Shown piece after piece: positions 11,157 through 23,148 of a stretch of 64,000 bases of DNA. The stretch is taken from the NCBI RefSeq assembly GCF_963921235.1, contig NC_086097.1, positions 183,398,001 through 183,462,000 on the forward strand, given 5' to 3'. Each line of letters starts with the position of its first letter. Position 1 is the stretch's first letter. A program made the position numbers and the translations under genes. This DNA is from Mobula hypostoma. Lineage: Eukaryota. The notes beneath the pieces were generated by a model, which was not told where the DNA came from, did not search any database, and was given only the letters and a program-made list of their open reading frames with translations.

Positions 11157-13590
11157 AGCCATATGTTTTATAAGACAGAGGAGCAGAATTTGGCTGTTCA
11201 GTCCATCAAGTGCTCTGCTATTCCATCATGGCTAATTTATTATCACTCAACCACATTATCCTACCTTCTTCCCATAACCTTTGACACCCTGACTAACCAA
11301 AAGCTTATTGACCTCCGCTTTGAATTTATTCAGTGACTTGGTCTTCACAGCCATCCGTGGCAGTGAAATAATAGGTTCATTTATTATCAAAATATACAAT
11401 TCTGAAATTCCACAGATTCAACATCCTTTAGCTAAAGAAATATATCCTCATCTCTGTTTTAAATGGACATCCCTCTATCCTGAAGCTATGGCCTCTGGTT
11501 GTAGACTCTCCCTCTATAGGAAACATCCACTCTTATCTCGGCCTTTCAATATTCGATAGGTTTCAATGAGATCTGACATGAGAATGAGTCTGACATTGGT
11601 GGTGGGTAAGTTATTGGAAGGTATTCTGTGGGACTGGATATATGTATTTGGATAGGCATGGACTGATGAAGGGTAGTCAGCATGGCTTCATGTGTGGTAG
11701 GTCATGTCTAACCAATCTTGGAGTTTTTTGAGGAAGTTGCCAGGAAAATAGATGAAGACAACATCCACTGCCTTGCCTTCATGGACTTGGGTAAGGCATT
11801 TGACAAGTTTCAGCCTGGGAGACTGCTCAAGAAAGTTCAGTCACTTGGCTTTCAGGATGAGGTAGTAAATTGGATTAGACATCGGCTTTGTGGGAGAAGC
11901 CAGAGAATGATGGTAGAAGGTTGCGTCTCTGACTGCTGGTGTGCTGCTGGGATCGGTGCTGGGTTGCTTGTTGTTTGTCATCTATATCAATGACCTGGAT
12001 GATAAAGTGGTTAACTGGATCAGCAAATTTGCAGATGACACCAAGTTTTGAGGGTGTAATGGACAGTGAGGAAGGCTATCATGACTTGCAGAGGGATCTG
12101 CATCAACCAGAAAAATGGGCTAAAAATGGCAGATGGGATGTAATGCAGACAAGTGCAAAGTTTTGCACTTCCGTAGGACCAACCTATTAGGAAAGATGGA
12201 ATAGGTTGGGACTGTGTTCGTCAGAACATAGAAGATTGAGAGGAGATTTGATAGAGGTATTCAGAATTATGAGGGGTATAGGTAGGGTAAATGGAATCAA
12301 GTTTTTTCCAATGAGGTTGGGTGGGATTACAAGTAGACGACGTGGTTTAAGGGTGAAAAGTGAGAAGTTTAAAGGGAACTATTTTACTCAGAAGGCTGTG
12401 AGAGTGAAATCAGCTGCCAGCACAAGTGGTCCATGCGGGCTTGATTTCAACGTTTAAAGGAAGTTTGGATAGGTAAATCGCAGGGATATGGAGGGCAGTA
12501 GTCCTAGTGGAGGCCGTTGGGTCTAGGCACTTTAAATGGTTCTGGCATGGACTAGATGTGCCGAAAGGTTGTCTCCATGCTGTACTTCTGTATGACTCTA
12601 TCCTCATTCTTCTGGCCTCCAGCGAGTAGGCCCAGAACCATCAAACACTCTTCATGTTAATGTTTTCATTCCTGGAATCCTAAACATAAACCTCTTCTGG
12701 ATGCTCTCTAATGCCAGCACATCTTTTCTTAAATAAGGGGCCCAAAACTGCTCTCAATACTCCCAAGTGCAATCTGAGAAATGCCTTCTAAAGCTTCCCA
12801 TAACATCTTTGTTTTTATATTCTAGTTCTCTTGAAATGAATGTCAACATTGCATTTTCTTTCCTTACCACTGACTCAAGCTTTTAGGGAATCCTACATGA
12901 AGACTTCCAAGTCCTTCATATCTCTGATTTTTAAAAAAAATAGTCCTCAACTTTATTCCTTCTACCAAGGTGCATGACCACGATAATGCTACTTTGCCTA
13001 TTCTTCCAATCTGACTAGATCCTTCAACACTGTCTGTCCCTCCACCTATCTTTGAATCATCTGCAAAATTGGCCACAAAACTAGGTTTCAATTCTGCCAT
13101 CCAAATCATTGACATATAATGTGAAACCTCTGCAGAGCACAATTAGTCACTGGCAGCCAACTATGGAAGGCCTGCTTCACTCCCACTCTGCCTGTCAGTC
13201 TGCCAATCTTCCGTCCATGCAGTATGTTTCCTGTAATACCATGGGGTCTTGTTACACAGCCTCATTGTGGTGCCTTGTCTTCTGAGAATCCAAGTAAACA
13301 ACATTCACTAACTCTCCTTTGTCTATCTTGCCTGTTATTTCCTGAATTCCAAAAGATTTGTCAGGCAAGATTTCCCTTTAATGAAACCATATTGATTTTG
13401 GCCTATTTTGTCAAGTGCTTCCAAGTACCCTGAAACCTCATCCTTAGTAATGGACTCCAACGTCTTACCAACCACTGAAGTCAGGCTAACTGGCCTATAA
13501 TTTCCTTTTTTTTCCCTCTATCCCTCCCTCCTTGTGGAGTGACACTTGCAGTTTTCAGTCCTCCGCAACCATTCCAAAATCTAGTTCCCT
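11157..13590. mobile_element. Nested CR1s: minus-strand CR1 (11157-11575 and 12600-13590) interrupted by a plus-strand CR1 RT/3' fragment (~11580-12600)
   Basis: Plus piece encodes EFFEEV...DLGKAFDK and LRGDLIEVFRIMRG and ends in a tatgactcta tail. Minus pieces encode FVANFADDSKIGG and a CR1 3' end. Confidence 0.85.
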
Positions 13591-15565
13591 GGAGTTTAAA
13601 ATGGACTTTGTACCTCTACAATATGTGCGTTTTATCGCTGTTCCTTGATGTAGTTGAAGGTTTCCATTCTGTTAGGGCTATAAGGACATTTATGAACCAT
13701 AAGAGGGGAAATCTATGAGCTGATTGATAGTAAAAGGCACTGGGAAAATTGTATCTATATGAAATTTAGACATATTGTGTGGTGTTGCAGTTGTAACCAT
13801 GGGGTCTCTGCATTGAATGTGAAAGAGACAAGTTTCTGAAATGGAAAGTTTTATAAGAACAGAAAGGCTCGTGTAGGGTAGCCAGTTGGGCTGACAATTT
13901 AATTAATGTAGTTGACATTTGGGAACAAAATTTGACTCTTGGAGAGGGACTTGGGGTAAAAGAAGTTGATTAACAACTATGTGGATTTATAGATGGAATG
14001 GATTACATGAGTAAAGTGTAATTTTTTAAGAGTTGGTTTATTCAAGACTTGAGGAAGCGTGTATTGCTTATTAGTTTAAGATTATTATAGTTGAAATGTT
14101 GGCACAGATATAGAGGCTGGACAGTCTCCTATAGCATGGTTTACCTCTCCCAAGGTTGACATCAGTTAATGGGACAAGCCTTAACCTGCTCAGTTTTGAA
14201 ATAGAACACTGACATTGTATTTAAAAGACTATCTTGATTTTAATTGCTGTATATGAGATCAGAACTTGGTAAATTAGGAAGTGATCCTCTTTATACTGTA
14301 TTTGTAACTATTCCCATTCACTAAGCATTATTTTAGGTATTGGTTACCAGAATCTGTTACAAGCTCCACGTTGAGTAACAGAATTCAATAAAATATTTGT
14401 TGGCTGTCATTATCTTTCAGATATCTGGGGAGTTGAACCTCAAACTGCTCATCATGGTTACACCTGTTGAATGTGAACTTTTGCTCAAACATCACAGGCA
14501 ACAATTCAAAAATGCATTGTTACATGTACCTTCTTACTGCTTAAAGCCACACAGTAGTTTTGAGTTTTAATTTTAGATTAAAATGAATAGTTAGAATTAT
14601 TACAGTAATCTATTGTTTTAATATATTGAAATCAAGAGTGTGAAGACTTATTTCTCCCCCAAAATGTTTGCAGTTCCTACAATTTTTTGATAAACTCATT
14701 GTCACTTTAAGTTTATTTTTAATAACCATTATCCTGAAAAACATTCTGATCTGAGGCTGTGAACATGGAATACTGAAATGCATTTCCATTTTGTAGGCAT
14801 ACAATCTCTATGTGATTGATACCATATACTCTGGAAGTTGCCAATATAGAAAACCGGTGCTATATCTGATGGTATCCACAGAATGTTTTGCTGGCTTATT
14901 CATTGTTTAAAATGGCTGCACTAGATCTCCAGACACATTACAGGTCATCAATCAATATTAATAAAGAAATTCAGAAATGTTTGAAATTAAACATCTACAT
15001 TTGTTTTCCATTATATGATTGATAAATGATAAACAACAGTGAATAAAATTGCTTCAATTCTTTCACGGTAGCTGTGTTCATAACTTTGCCAGCTATTTAT
15101 ATAAGTACATTAGAGAGAGAGTTGAGAGTCAGGTTTTGGACTTAGTAAAATTAATGATTGAACTGGTGAAAATGCTGATTGAGAAGGCATCATAATTGCC
15201 ACGGGTAAAAATACTGATAGAAACCAAATCTTTGAAAGATTTCTGTAGACTGCAAATTTTATTGACCACAATTCCCTCACCTTAATCAGATGGTGTGAGA
15301 AATTATTTGGTGAGGGTGAATTATGAAATTAGTCAGGAACTTCGAAGCGTAAAAGGCAGTGTAAAGCTGATATGCTGGAACATGTCAATGTTAGAAAGAG
15401 GATGTGCTGAAGTTTTTGAAAAACATTAGGATGGATAAGTCTCCAGGACCAGATGGGATGTAGTCCAGGTTACTACATGAGGCAAGTGAAGAGATTGCTA
15501 TTGGTGATGATCTTTGCATTCTCCCTGACTATAGGAGAAGACCAGAAGATTGGAGGGTGGCAAAT

Positions 15566-16636
15566 ACAGTCATAGAACACAACGGCACAGTAACAGGCCT
15601 TTCAGCCTTACTAGCCGGTGCCAAAGTCTGATTCTGCTCAGTCCCATTGATTTGCACCTGTGCTATAGCTCTCCATACTCCTCCCATCCATCTACTCTTT
15701 CAAATTTTTTTGAGGAATTGAAATCGAATTTGAACCTGCATCTGCCACTACTCTCGAGTGAAAATGTTCTCCCTCACGTTCCTATTAAATATTTAAACTT
15801 TCATCCTTAACCTATGACCTCAGGTTGTAGACTCACCCAACCTCAGTGGAAAAAGTATACTTGTGTTTACCCTATCTATACCCCTCATCATTTTACTTAA
15901 CCTCTATCAAATCTCAACTCTTTCTCTTGCACTCCTTGGAATAAAGTCCTAACCTATTCAACCTTTCCCTATAAATCAAGTCCCGGCAGCATCCTTGTAA
16001 AATTTCTCTGCACTCTTTAGACCTTACTATATGTTTCCTGTAGGTAGGTGACCAGAACTGCACACAATTCACCAACTGGGTCTTAGCAGTGTCTTATACA
16101 ACTTGAACGTAAAATCTCACTCAGCTGATATACCTAGTTATGAAGGCTAACTTCTCTTTACCGCCCTATCTACCTGTGATGCACTTTTAAGGAATTATAC
16201 ATCTATATTCCCAGATTTCTCAGTTTCCTACCACTCGCCATGCAAGCCCTACCCTGGTTTGTCCTCCCAAAGTGCAACACCTCGCACTTGTCTGCGTTGG
16301 ATTCCATCTGCCATTTTTCCAGTTGGTCCAGATCCCACAGCAAGCTTTGATAGCCTTCCTGGCTGTCCACTATGCTCCCAGTCTTGGTGTCAACTGCAAA
16401 TTTCCTGATCCAGTTTACCACATCAATACATAGATAACTATACTGATCTTCAGGAGGACCAATTTTTCCCCATGCTGTCGTTTTGCTCTTAACGGTTTTC
16501 TCCTTCAATTCATCTGCTAGAGCACATTCATGCCTTTTTAGCTCTCCTGGTTTTCTCCTTAAATGCTCTTTTGCATTTCTTATAGTCCTCTAGTACCTTA
16601 ATTGTTCCTTGCTTCCTTTATCTGCTAAAATTAATG
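15566..16636 (-). mobile_element. 5'-truncated, internally deleted CR1
   Basis: Minus strand reads IRKFAVDTK...DLDQLEKWQMESNADKCEVLHFGRTN; CR1 tail at 15566-15620. Confidence 0.85.
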
Positions 16637-16709
16637 TTCTCTGAAACAGGAATCGAACCTAAGCCACAGTGGTGAGAGTGCAAAATCCTAACCATTAGAC
16701 CAGCGTATT
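16637..16709 (-). pseudogene. tRNA-Glu(CTC)-derived pseudogene
   Basis: Minus strand TGGTCTAATGGTTAGGATTTTGCACTCTCACCACTGTGGCTTAGGTTCGATTCCTG aligns to vertebrate tRNA-Glu-CTC (A box, CTC anticodon, GGTTCGATTCC B box). Most differences are CpG-decay type; acceptor stem is degenerate. Confidence 0.85.
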
Positions 16710-17089
16710 ATTCCTTTGTTCAAGGAAACTAGTAGGAATAATTTTCGGAATTATATACCAGTGAGTCTTACATCAGTGGTGGAGAAACCATTGGAAAGAA
16801 TTCTTAAGAGATAGGAATTTCTCTTAATTTTTTTGAAGTGCAAGGGCATTAAGTACATAAATTGACTACAATTCACAAATGAAGCCAGTAATTTGATATT
16901 TTTCGCCTTCATTTAAAAACATACATTGCTACTTTTATCACAAATACTTTTCAGCTGTCAATAGCATTGCCCAAGGAATGTATCAAAGAAGAATTGAATA
17001 AGTTTTTATACACTGATTCTTGGAAAAATCGAATTGTTATTTCATAATTGTAACACTATGGGCAATCTGAAATTAAAACAAAATGTAAG

Positions 17090-17835
17090 TAACAGTTCTT
17101 GTATTTTGCATCAGCAAATATTTGTAAAAAGAGTCATAGTTTTTAATTCAAGTTGATGGTCTTTATGAGCACTAGAAGTAAGAAGCTAAGCACATTTTAT
17201 GCTATAGAGAATGGGGATGGTGAAGAGAACAAGGGAATATCTGATGGAGTGTAATTGAGTTGGAGCAATTGTGGAGGGATGGAGTGGAATGGAGTCTTTA
17301 CTGGAAAGGGAGTGGGATACATAGTAAACAAGATAGCAATAGGAGTATATGGGTTTGTAGTTGATACTGGTTCATAACATGACCTGATATGCAATGAACA
17401 AGATGGGAAAGGAATGGAATTGGTTAGACAATGTGGAACTGAAATTAAGGTGGAAAGTGGGGAAGTAAAGGAGTTCTATACAAGAGTAGGAAGAAAAAGG
17501 TAAAGTATGACATAGGGTATAATTTAAAATAAAGATTGTTCCATGTAGCCCAGAAGGGTGCACAGCTTCAACCTTTGTGGGAATATGAGTGGAGTTAAGA
17601 GATAAGTTGTTTAACATGCATATGAGTTCTAACGGGTGGAGAACAGGCTGGTTGAGCCTATGTTCAAGGAAGAAGCAACGGGCCCTCAGGCCATTATGGT
17701 GCAGGATGGAGATGCAGGGCGTTTGGACATCAATGGTGAAAGTGAACCTGTTGCAGGCAGGGTATTACAAACTGTTAGATGAATAGAGGATCATTGGCTT
17801 GCTACAAAGGGACTGTGGTGGTTGGTTGGGAGGCT
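17090..17835 (-). mobile_element. Decayed Penelope-like fragment
   Basis: Purine-rich plus strand and GIY-YIG-like remnants resembling the 37515-37900 copy. Confidence 0.45.
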
Positions 17836-17935
17836 GTAAATTTTCCCTAACTGGAAGCCCTGGATGAACCATGAAATTTGCAATCTGCTGAGGCCAGATC
17901 AGTGGCATTCAGGTCTGGCAATTACTGATAGTGAT

Positions 17936-20010
17936 AGAAACATCGAAACATAGAAAATAGGTGCAGGAGTAGGCCATTCGGCCCTTCGAGCCTGCACCGC
18001 CATTTATTATGATCATGGCTGATCATCCAACTCAGAACCCTGCACCAGCCTTCCCTCCATACCTCCTGATCCCCGTAGCCACAAGGGCCATATCTAACTC
18101 CCTCTTAAATATAGCCAATGAACTGGCCTCAACTGTTTCCTGTGGCAGAGAATTCCACAGATTCACCACTCTCTGTGTGAAGAAGTTTTTCCTAATCTTG
18201 GTCCTAAAAGGCTTCCCCTTTATCCTCAAACTGTGACCCTTCGTTCTGGACTTCCCCAACATCGGGAACAATCTTCCTGCATCTAGCCTGTCCAATCCCT
18301 TTAGGATTTTATACGTTACAATCAGATCCCCCCTCAATCTTCTAAATTCCAACGAGTACAAGCCCAGTTCATCCAGTCTTTCTTCATATGAAAGTCCTGC
18401 CATCCCAGGAATCAATCTGGTGAACCTTCTTTGTACTCCCTCTATGGCAAGGATGTCTTTCCTCAGATTAGGGGACCAAAACTGCACACAATACTCCAGG
18501 TGTGGTCTCACCAAGGCCTTGTACAACTGCAGTAGTACCTCCCTGCTCCTGTACTCGAATCCTCTTGCTATAAATGCCAGCATACTATTCGCCTTTTTCA
18601 CTGCCTGCTGTACCTGCATGCCCACTTTCAATGACTGGTGTATAATGACACCCAGGTCTCGTTGCACCTCCCCTTTTCCTAATCGGCCACCATTCAGATA
18701 ATAATCTGTTTTCCTATTTTTGCCACCAGAGTGGATAACTTCACATTTATCCACATTAAATTGCATCTGCCATGAATTTGCCCACTCACCCAACCTATCC
18801 AAGTCACTCTGCATCCTATTAGCATCCTCCTCACAGCTAACACTGCCGCCCAGCTTCGTGTCATCCACAAACTTGGAGATGCTGCATTTAATTCCCTCAT
18901 CCAAGTCATTAATATATATTTTAAACAACTGGGGTCCCAGCACTGAGCCTTGCGGTACCCCACAAGTCACTGCCTGCCATTCTGAAAAGGTCCCATTTAT
19001 TCCCACTCTTTGCTTCCTGTCTGCTAACCAATTCTCTATCCACATCAATACCTTACCCCCAATACCGTGTGCTTTAAGTTTGCACACTAATCTCCTGTGT
19101 GGGACCTTGTCAAAAGCCTTTTGAAAATCCAAATATACCACATCCACTGGTTCTCCCCTATCCACTCTACCAGTTACATACTCAAAAAATTCTATGAGAT
19201 TCGTCAGACATGATTTTCCTTTCACAAATCCATGCTGACTTTGTCCGATGATTTCACCGCTTTCCAAATGTGCTGTTATCACATCTTTGATAACTGACTC
19301 CAGCAGTTTCCCCACCACCGACGTTAGGCTAACTGGTCTATAATTCCCCGGTTTCTCTCTCCCTACTTTTTTAAAAAGTGGGGTTACATTAGCCACCCTC
19401 CAATCCTCAGGAACTAGTCCAGAATCTAACGAGTTTTGAAAAATTATCACTAATGCATCCACTATTTCTTGGGCTACTTCCTTAAGCACTCTGGGATGCA
19501 GACCATCTGGCCCTGGAGATTTATCTGCCTTTAATCCCTTCAATTTACCCAACACCACTTCCCTACTAACATGTATTTCGCTCAGTTCCTCCATCTCACT
19601 GGACCCTCTGTCCCCTACTATTTCTGGAAGATTATTTATGTCCTCCTTAGTGAAGACAGAACCAAAGTAATTATTCAATTGGTCTGCCATGTCCTTGCTC
19701 CCCATAATCAATTCACCTGTTTCCGTCTGTAGGGGACCTACATTTGTCTTTACCAGTCTTTTCCTTTTTACATATCTATAAAAGCTTTTACAGTCAGTTT
19801 TTATGTTCCCTGCCAGTTTTCTCTCATAATCTTTTTTCCCCTTCCTAATTGAGCCCTTTGCCCTCCTCTGCTGAACTCTGAATTTCTCCCAGTCCTCAGG
19901 TGAGCCACTTTTTCTGGCTAATTTGTATGCTTGTTCTTTGGAATTGATACTATCCCTAATTTCTCTTGTCAGCCACGGGTGCACTACCTTCCTTGAGTTA
20001 TTCTTTGGTA
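17936..20010 (-). mobile_element. Young 5'-truncated CR1 LINE
   Basis: Uninterrupted ORF2 part; (ttctatgt)-like 3' tail at 17936-17955. Confidence 0.95.
18032..19984 (-). CDS. CR1 ORF2 C-terminal part (reverse transcriptase, endonuclease missing), 650 aa open frame
   Basis: KSPGPDG, NYRPVSLTS, QHGF, YLDFQKAFDKVPH, GVPQGSVLGP, FVDD, RPHLEY, NFFTQRVVNLWNSLP. Confidence 0.85.
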   Translation of the reverse strand: MHPWLTREIRDSINSKEQAYKLARKSGSPEDWEKFRVQQRRAKGSIRKGKKDYERKLAGNIKTDCKSFYRYVKRKRLVKTNVGPLQTETGELIMGSKDMADQLNNYFGSVFTKEDINNLPEIVGDRGSSEMEELSEIHVSREVVLGKLKGLKADKSPGPDGLHPRVLKEVAQEIVDALVIIFQNSLDSGLVPEDWRVANVTPLFKKVGREKPGNYRPVSLTSVVGKLLESVIKDVITAHLESGEIIGQSQHGFVKGKSCLTNLIEFFEYVTGRVDRGEPVDVVYLDFQKAFDKVPHRRLVCKLKAHGIGGKVLMWIENWLADRKQRVGINGTFSEWQAVTCGVPQGSVLGPQLFKIYINDLDEGIKCSISKFVDDTKLGGSVSCEEDANRMQSDLDRLGEWANSWQMQFNVDKCEVIHSGGKNRKTDYYLNGGRLGKGEVQRDLGVIIHQSLKVGMQVQQAVKKANSMLAFIARGFEYRSREVLLQLYKALVRPHLEYCVQFWSPNLRKDILAIEGVQRRFTRLIPGMAGLSYEERLDELGLYSLEFRRLRGDLIVTYKILKGLDRLDAGRLFPMLGKSRTKGHSLRIKGKPFRTKIRKNFFTQRVVNLWNSLPQETVEASSLAIFKRELDMALVATGIRRYGGKAGAGF

Positions 20011-20024
20011 AGAATTCTTTGGTA

Positions 20025-23000
20025 TGATGGTAAGAATTGGAGGAGATGGTAGTTGAATGTGTGGCTGAGGTGTTGGTGCAGGGGGCAAGGTTTTAGATTT
20101 CTGGATCATTGGGATCTCTTCTGGGGAAGGTGGGACCTGAACTGGAGGGGGAGCAATATCCTTGCAGGTAGGTTTGCTAGTATGGTTCGGGAAGGTTTAA
20201 ACTAATTTACAAGGGGGATGGGACCCAGAGCGATAGATCAGTGAAAAAAGAGCATGGAGTAAAGCCAGATCTAACATATAGAGAGGCTTTGAGGAAAGAG
20301 AAGCAGAATAAAGGGTGTAAAGGCAGGAAGGTAGAAGGGCTAAAGTGCGTGTACTTAAATGCAAAAAGCATCAGGAACAAAGGTGATGAACTGAGAGCTT
20401 GGATACATACATGGAATTATGATGCAGTGGCCATTACAGAGACTTGGCTGGCACCAGGGCAGGAATGGATTCTCAATATTCCTGGATTTCAGTGCTTTAA
20501 AAGGGATGGGGGGGGGCGCGGGGTGGAGGGGCGGCATTACTGGTCAGGGATACTATTACAGCTACAGAAAGGGTGGGTAATGTAGCAGGATCCTCTTTAG
20601 AGTCAGGAACAGGAAGGGAGCAGTTACTCTGTTGGGAGTATTCTATAGGCCCCCTGGTAGCAGCAGAGATACCGAGGAGCAAATTGGGAGGCAGATTTTG
20701 GAAAGGTGCGAAAATAACAGGGTTGTTATCATGGGTGACTTTAACTTCCCTAATATTGATTGGCATCTGATTAGTTCCAAGGGTTTGGACGGGACAGAGT
20801 TTGTTAAGTGTGTCCAGGACGGATTCCTGTCACAGTATGTTGACTGGCTGACTGGGGGAATGCCATACTAGATCTAGTATTAGGTAACAAACTGGGTCAG
20901 GTCACAGATCTCTCAGTGGGTGAGTATCTGGGGGACAGTGACCACGGCTCCCTGGCCTTCAGCATTATCATGGAAAAGGATAGAAACAGAGAGAACAGGA
21001 ACATTTTTAATTGGGGAAGGGCAAATTATGAGGCTATAAGGCTAGAACTTGCGGGTGTGAATTGGGTTGATGTTTTTGCTGGGAAATGTACTATGGACGT
21101 GTGGTCGATGTTTAAAGATCTCTTGTTGGATGTTAGGGATAAATTTGTCCCGGTGAGGAAGATAAAGAATGGTAGGGTGAAGAAACCATGGGTGACAAGT
21201 GAGGTGGAAAATCTAGTCAGGTGGAAGAAGGCAGCATACATGAGATTTAGGAAGCAAGGATCAGATGGGTCTATTGAGGAATACAGGGTAGCAAGAAAGG
21301 AGCTAAAGAAGGGGCTGAGAAGAACAAGAAGGGGGCATGAGAAGGCCTTGGCGAGTAAGGTAAAGGAAAACCCCAAGGCATTCTTCAATTATGTGAAGAA
21401 CAAAAGGATGACAGGAGTGAAGGTAGGACCAATTAGAGATAAAGGTGGGAAGATGTGCCTGGAGGCTGTGGAAGTGAGCGAGGTCCTCGATGAATACTTC
21501 TCTTTGGTATTCACCAATGAGAGGGAACTTGATGACAGTGAGGACAATATGAGTGAGGTTGATGTTCTGGAGCATGTTGATATTAAGGCAGAGGAGGTGT
21601 TGGAGTTACTAAAATACATTCGGACAGAAAAGTCCCCGGGGCCTGATGGAATATTCCCCAGGCTGCTCCATGAGGTGAGGGAAGAGATTGCTGAGCCCCT
21701 GGCTAGGATCTTTATGTCTTCGTCTACAGGAATGGTACCGGAGGATTGGAGGGAGGTGAATCTTTGTTGAAAAATGGTGGTAGGGTTAGTCTGGGTAATT
21801 ATAGACCAATGAGCTTTACGTCTGAGGTGGGAAAGCTGTTGGAAAAGATTCTTAGAGATAGTATTTATGGGCATTTAGAGAATCATGGTCTGATCAGGGA
21901 CAGTCAGCATGGCTTTGTGAAGGGCAGATAGTGTCTAACAAGTCTGATAGAGTTCTTTGAGGAGGTGACCAGGCATATAGATGAGGGTAGTGCAGTGGAT
22001 GTGATCTATATGGATTTTAGTAAGGAATTTGACAAGGTTCCACACAGGCTTATTCAGAAAGTCAGAAGGCATGGGATCCAGGAAAGTTTGGCCAGGTGGG
22101 TTCAGAATTGGCTTGCCTGCAGAAGGCAGAGGGTTGTGGAGGGAGTACATTCAGATTGGAGGGTTGTGACTAGTGGTGTCCCACAAGGATTGGTTCTGGG
22201 ATCTCTACTTTTTGTGATTTTTATTAACGACCTGGATGTGGGGGTAGAAGGGATGGTTGGCAAGTTTGCAGATGACATGAAGGTTGGTGGTGTTGTAGAT
22301 AGTGTAGAGAATTGTCGAAGATTGCAGAGAGACATTGATAGGATGCAGAAGTGGGCTGAGAAGTGGCAGATGGAGTTCAACCCGGAGAAGTGTGAGGTGG
22401 TACACTTTGGAAGGACAAACTCCAAGGCAGAGTACAAAGCAAATTGGTAATGTGGAGGAGCAGAGGGATCTGGGGGTACAGATCCACAGATCCCTGAAAG
22501 TTGCCTCACAGGTAGATCGGGTAGTTAAGAAAGCTTATGGGGTGTTAGCTTTCATAAGTTGAGGGATAGAGTTTAAGAGTCGCAAGGTAATGATGCAGCT
22601 CTATAAAACTCTGGTTAGGCCACACTTGGAGTACTGTGTCCAGTTCTGGTCGCCTTACTTTAGGAAGGATGTGGAAGCATTGGAAAAGGTACAGAGGAGA
22701 TTTACCAGGATGCTGCCTGGTTTAGAGAGTATGGATTATGATCAGAGATTAAGGGAGCTAGGGCTTTACTCTTTGAAGCGAAGGAGGATGAGAGGAGACA
22801 TGATAGAGGTATACAAGATATTAAGAGGAATAGATAGAGTGGACAGCCAGTGCATCTTCCCCAGGGCACCACTGCTCAATACAAGGGGATGTGGCTTTAA
22901 AGTAAGGGGTGGGAAGTTCAAGGGGGATATTAGAGGAAGTTATTTTTACTCAGAGAGTGGTTGTTGCATGGAATACACTGCCTGAGCTAGTGGTGGAAGC

Positions 23001-23148
23001 AGATACACTAGTGAAATTTAAGAGGCTACTAGACAGGTATATGGAGGAATTTAAGGTGGAGGGTTATATGGGAGGCAGGGTTTGAGGGTCGGCACAACAA
23101 TGTGGGCTGAAGGGCCTGTACTGTGCTGTAGTATTCTATGTTCTATGT
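20025..23148 (+). mobile_element. CR1 LINE, truncated within ORF1, with frameshifted ORF2 (first 11 nt at 17925-17935)
   Basis: ORF1 end NILAGRFASMVREGLN*; APE motifs YLNAKSIRNK, AITETWL, GDFNFP, SDH; RT motifs; tail tattctatgttctatgt. Confidence 0.93.

Larger units (their letters stand above)
15290..16817 (+). mobile_element. Old CR1 ORF2 fragment split by a tRNA-CR1 insertion (pieces ~15290-15565 and ~16707-16817)
   Basis: DKSPGPDG...EDWRVAN on the left continues as IIPLFK...NYIPVSLTSVV on the right. Confidence 0.75.

Noticed and set aside
16637..16709. Functional tRNA-Glu gene
   Set aside because: Acceptor stem disrupted, CpG-type decay throughout, and embedded in a retro-insertion; called a pseudogene.
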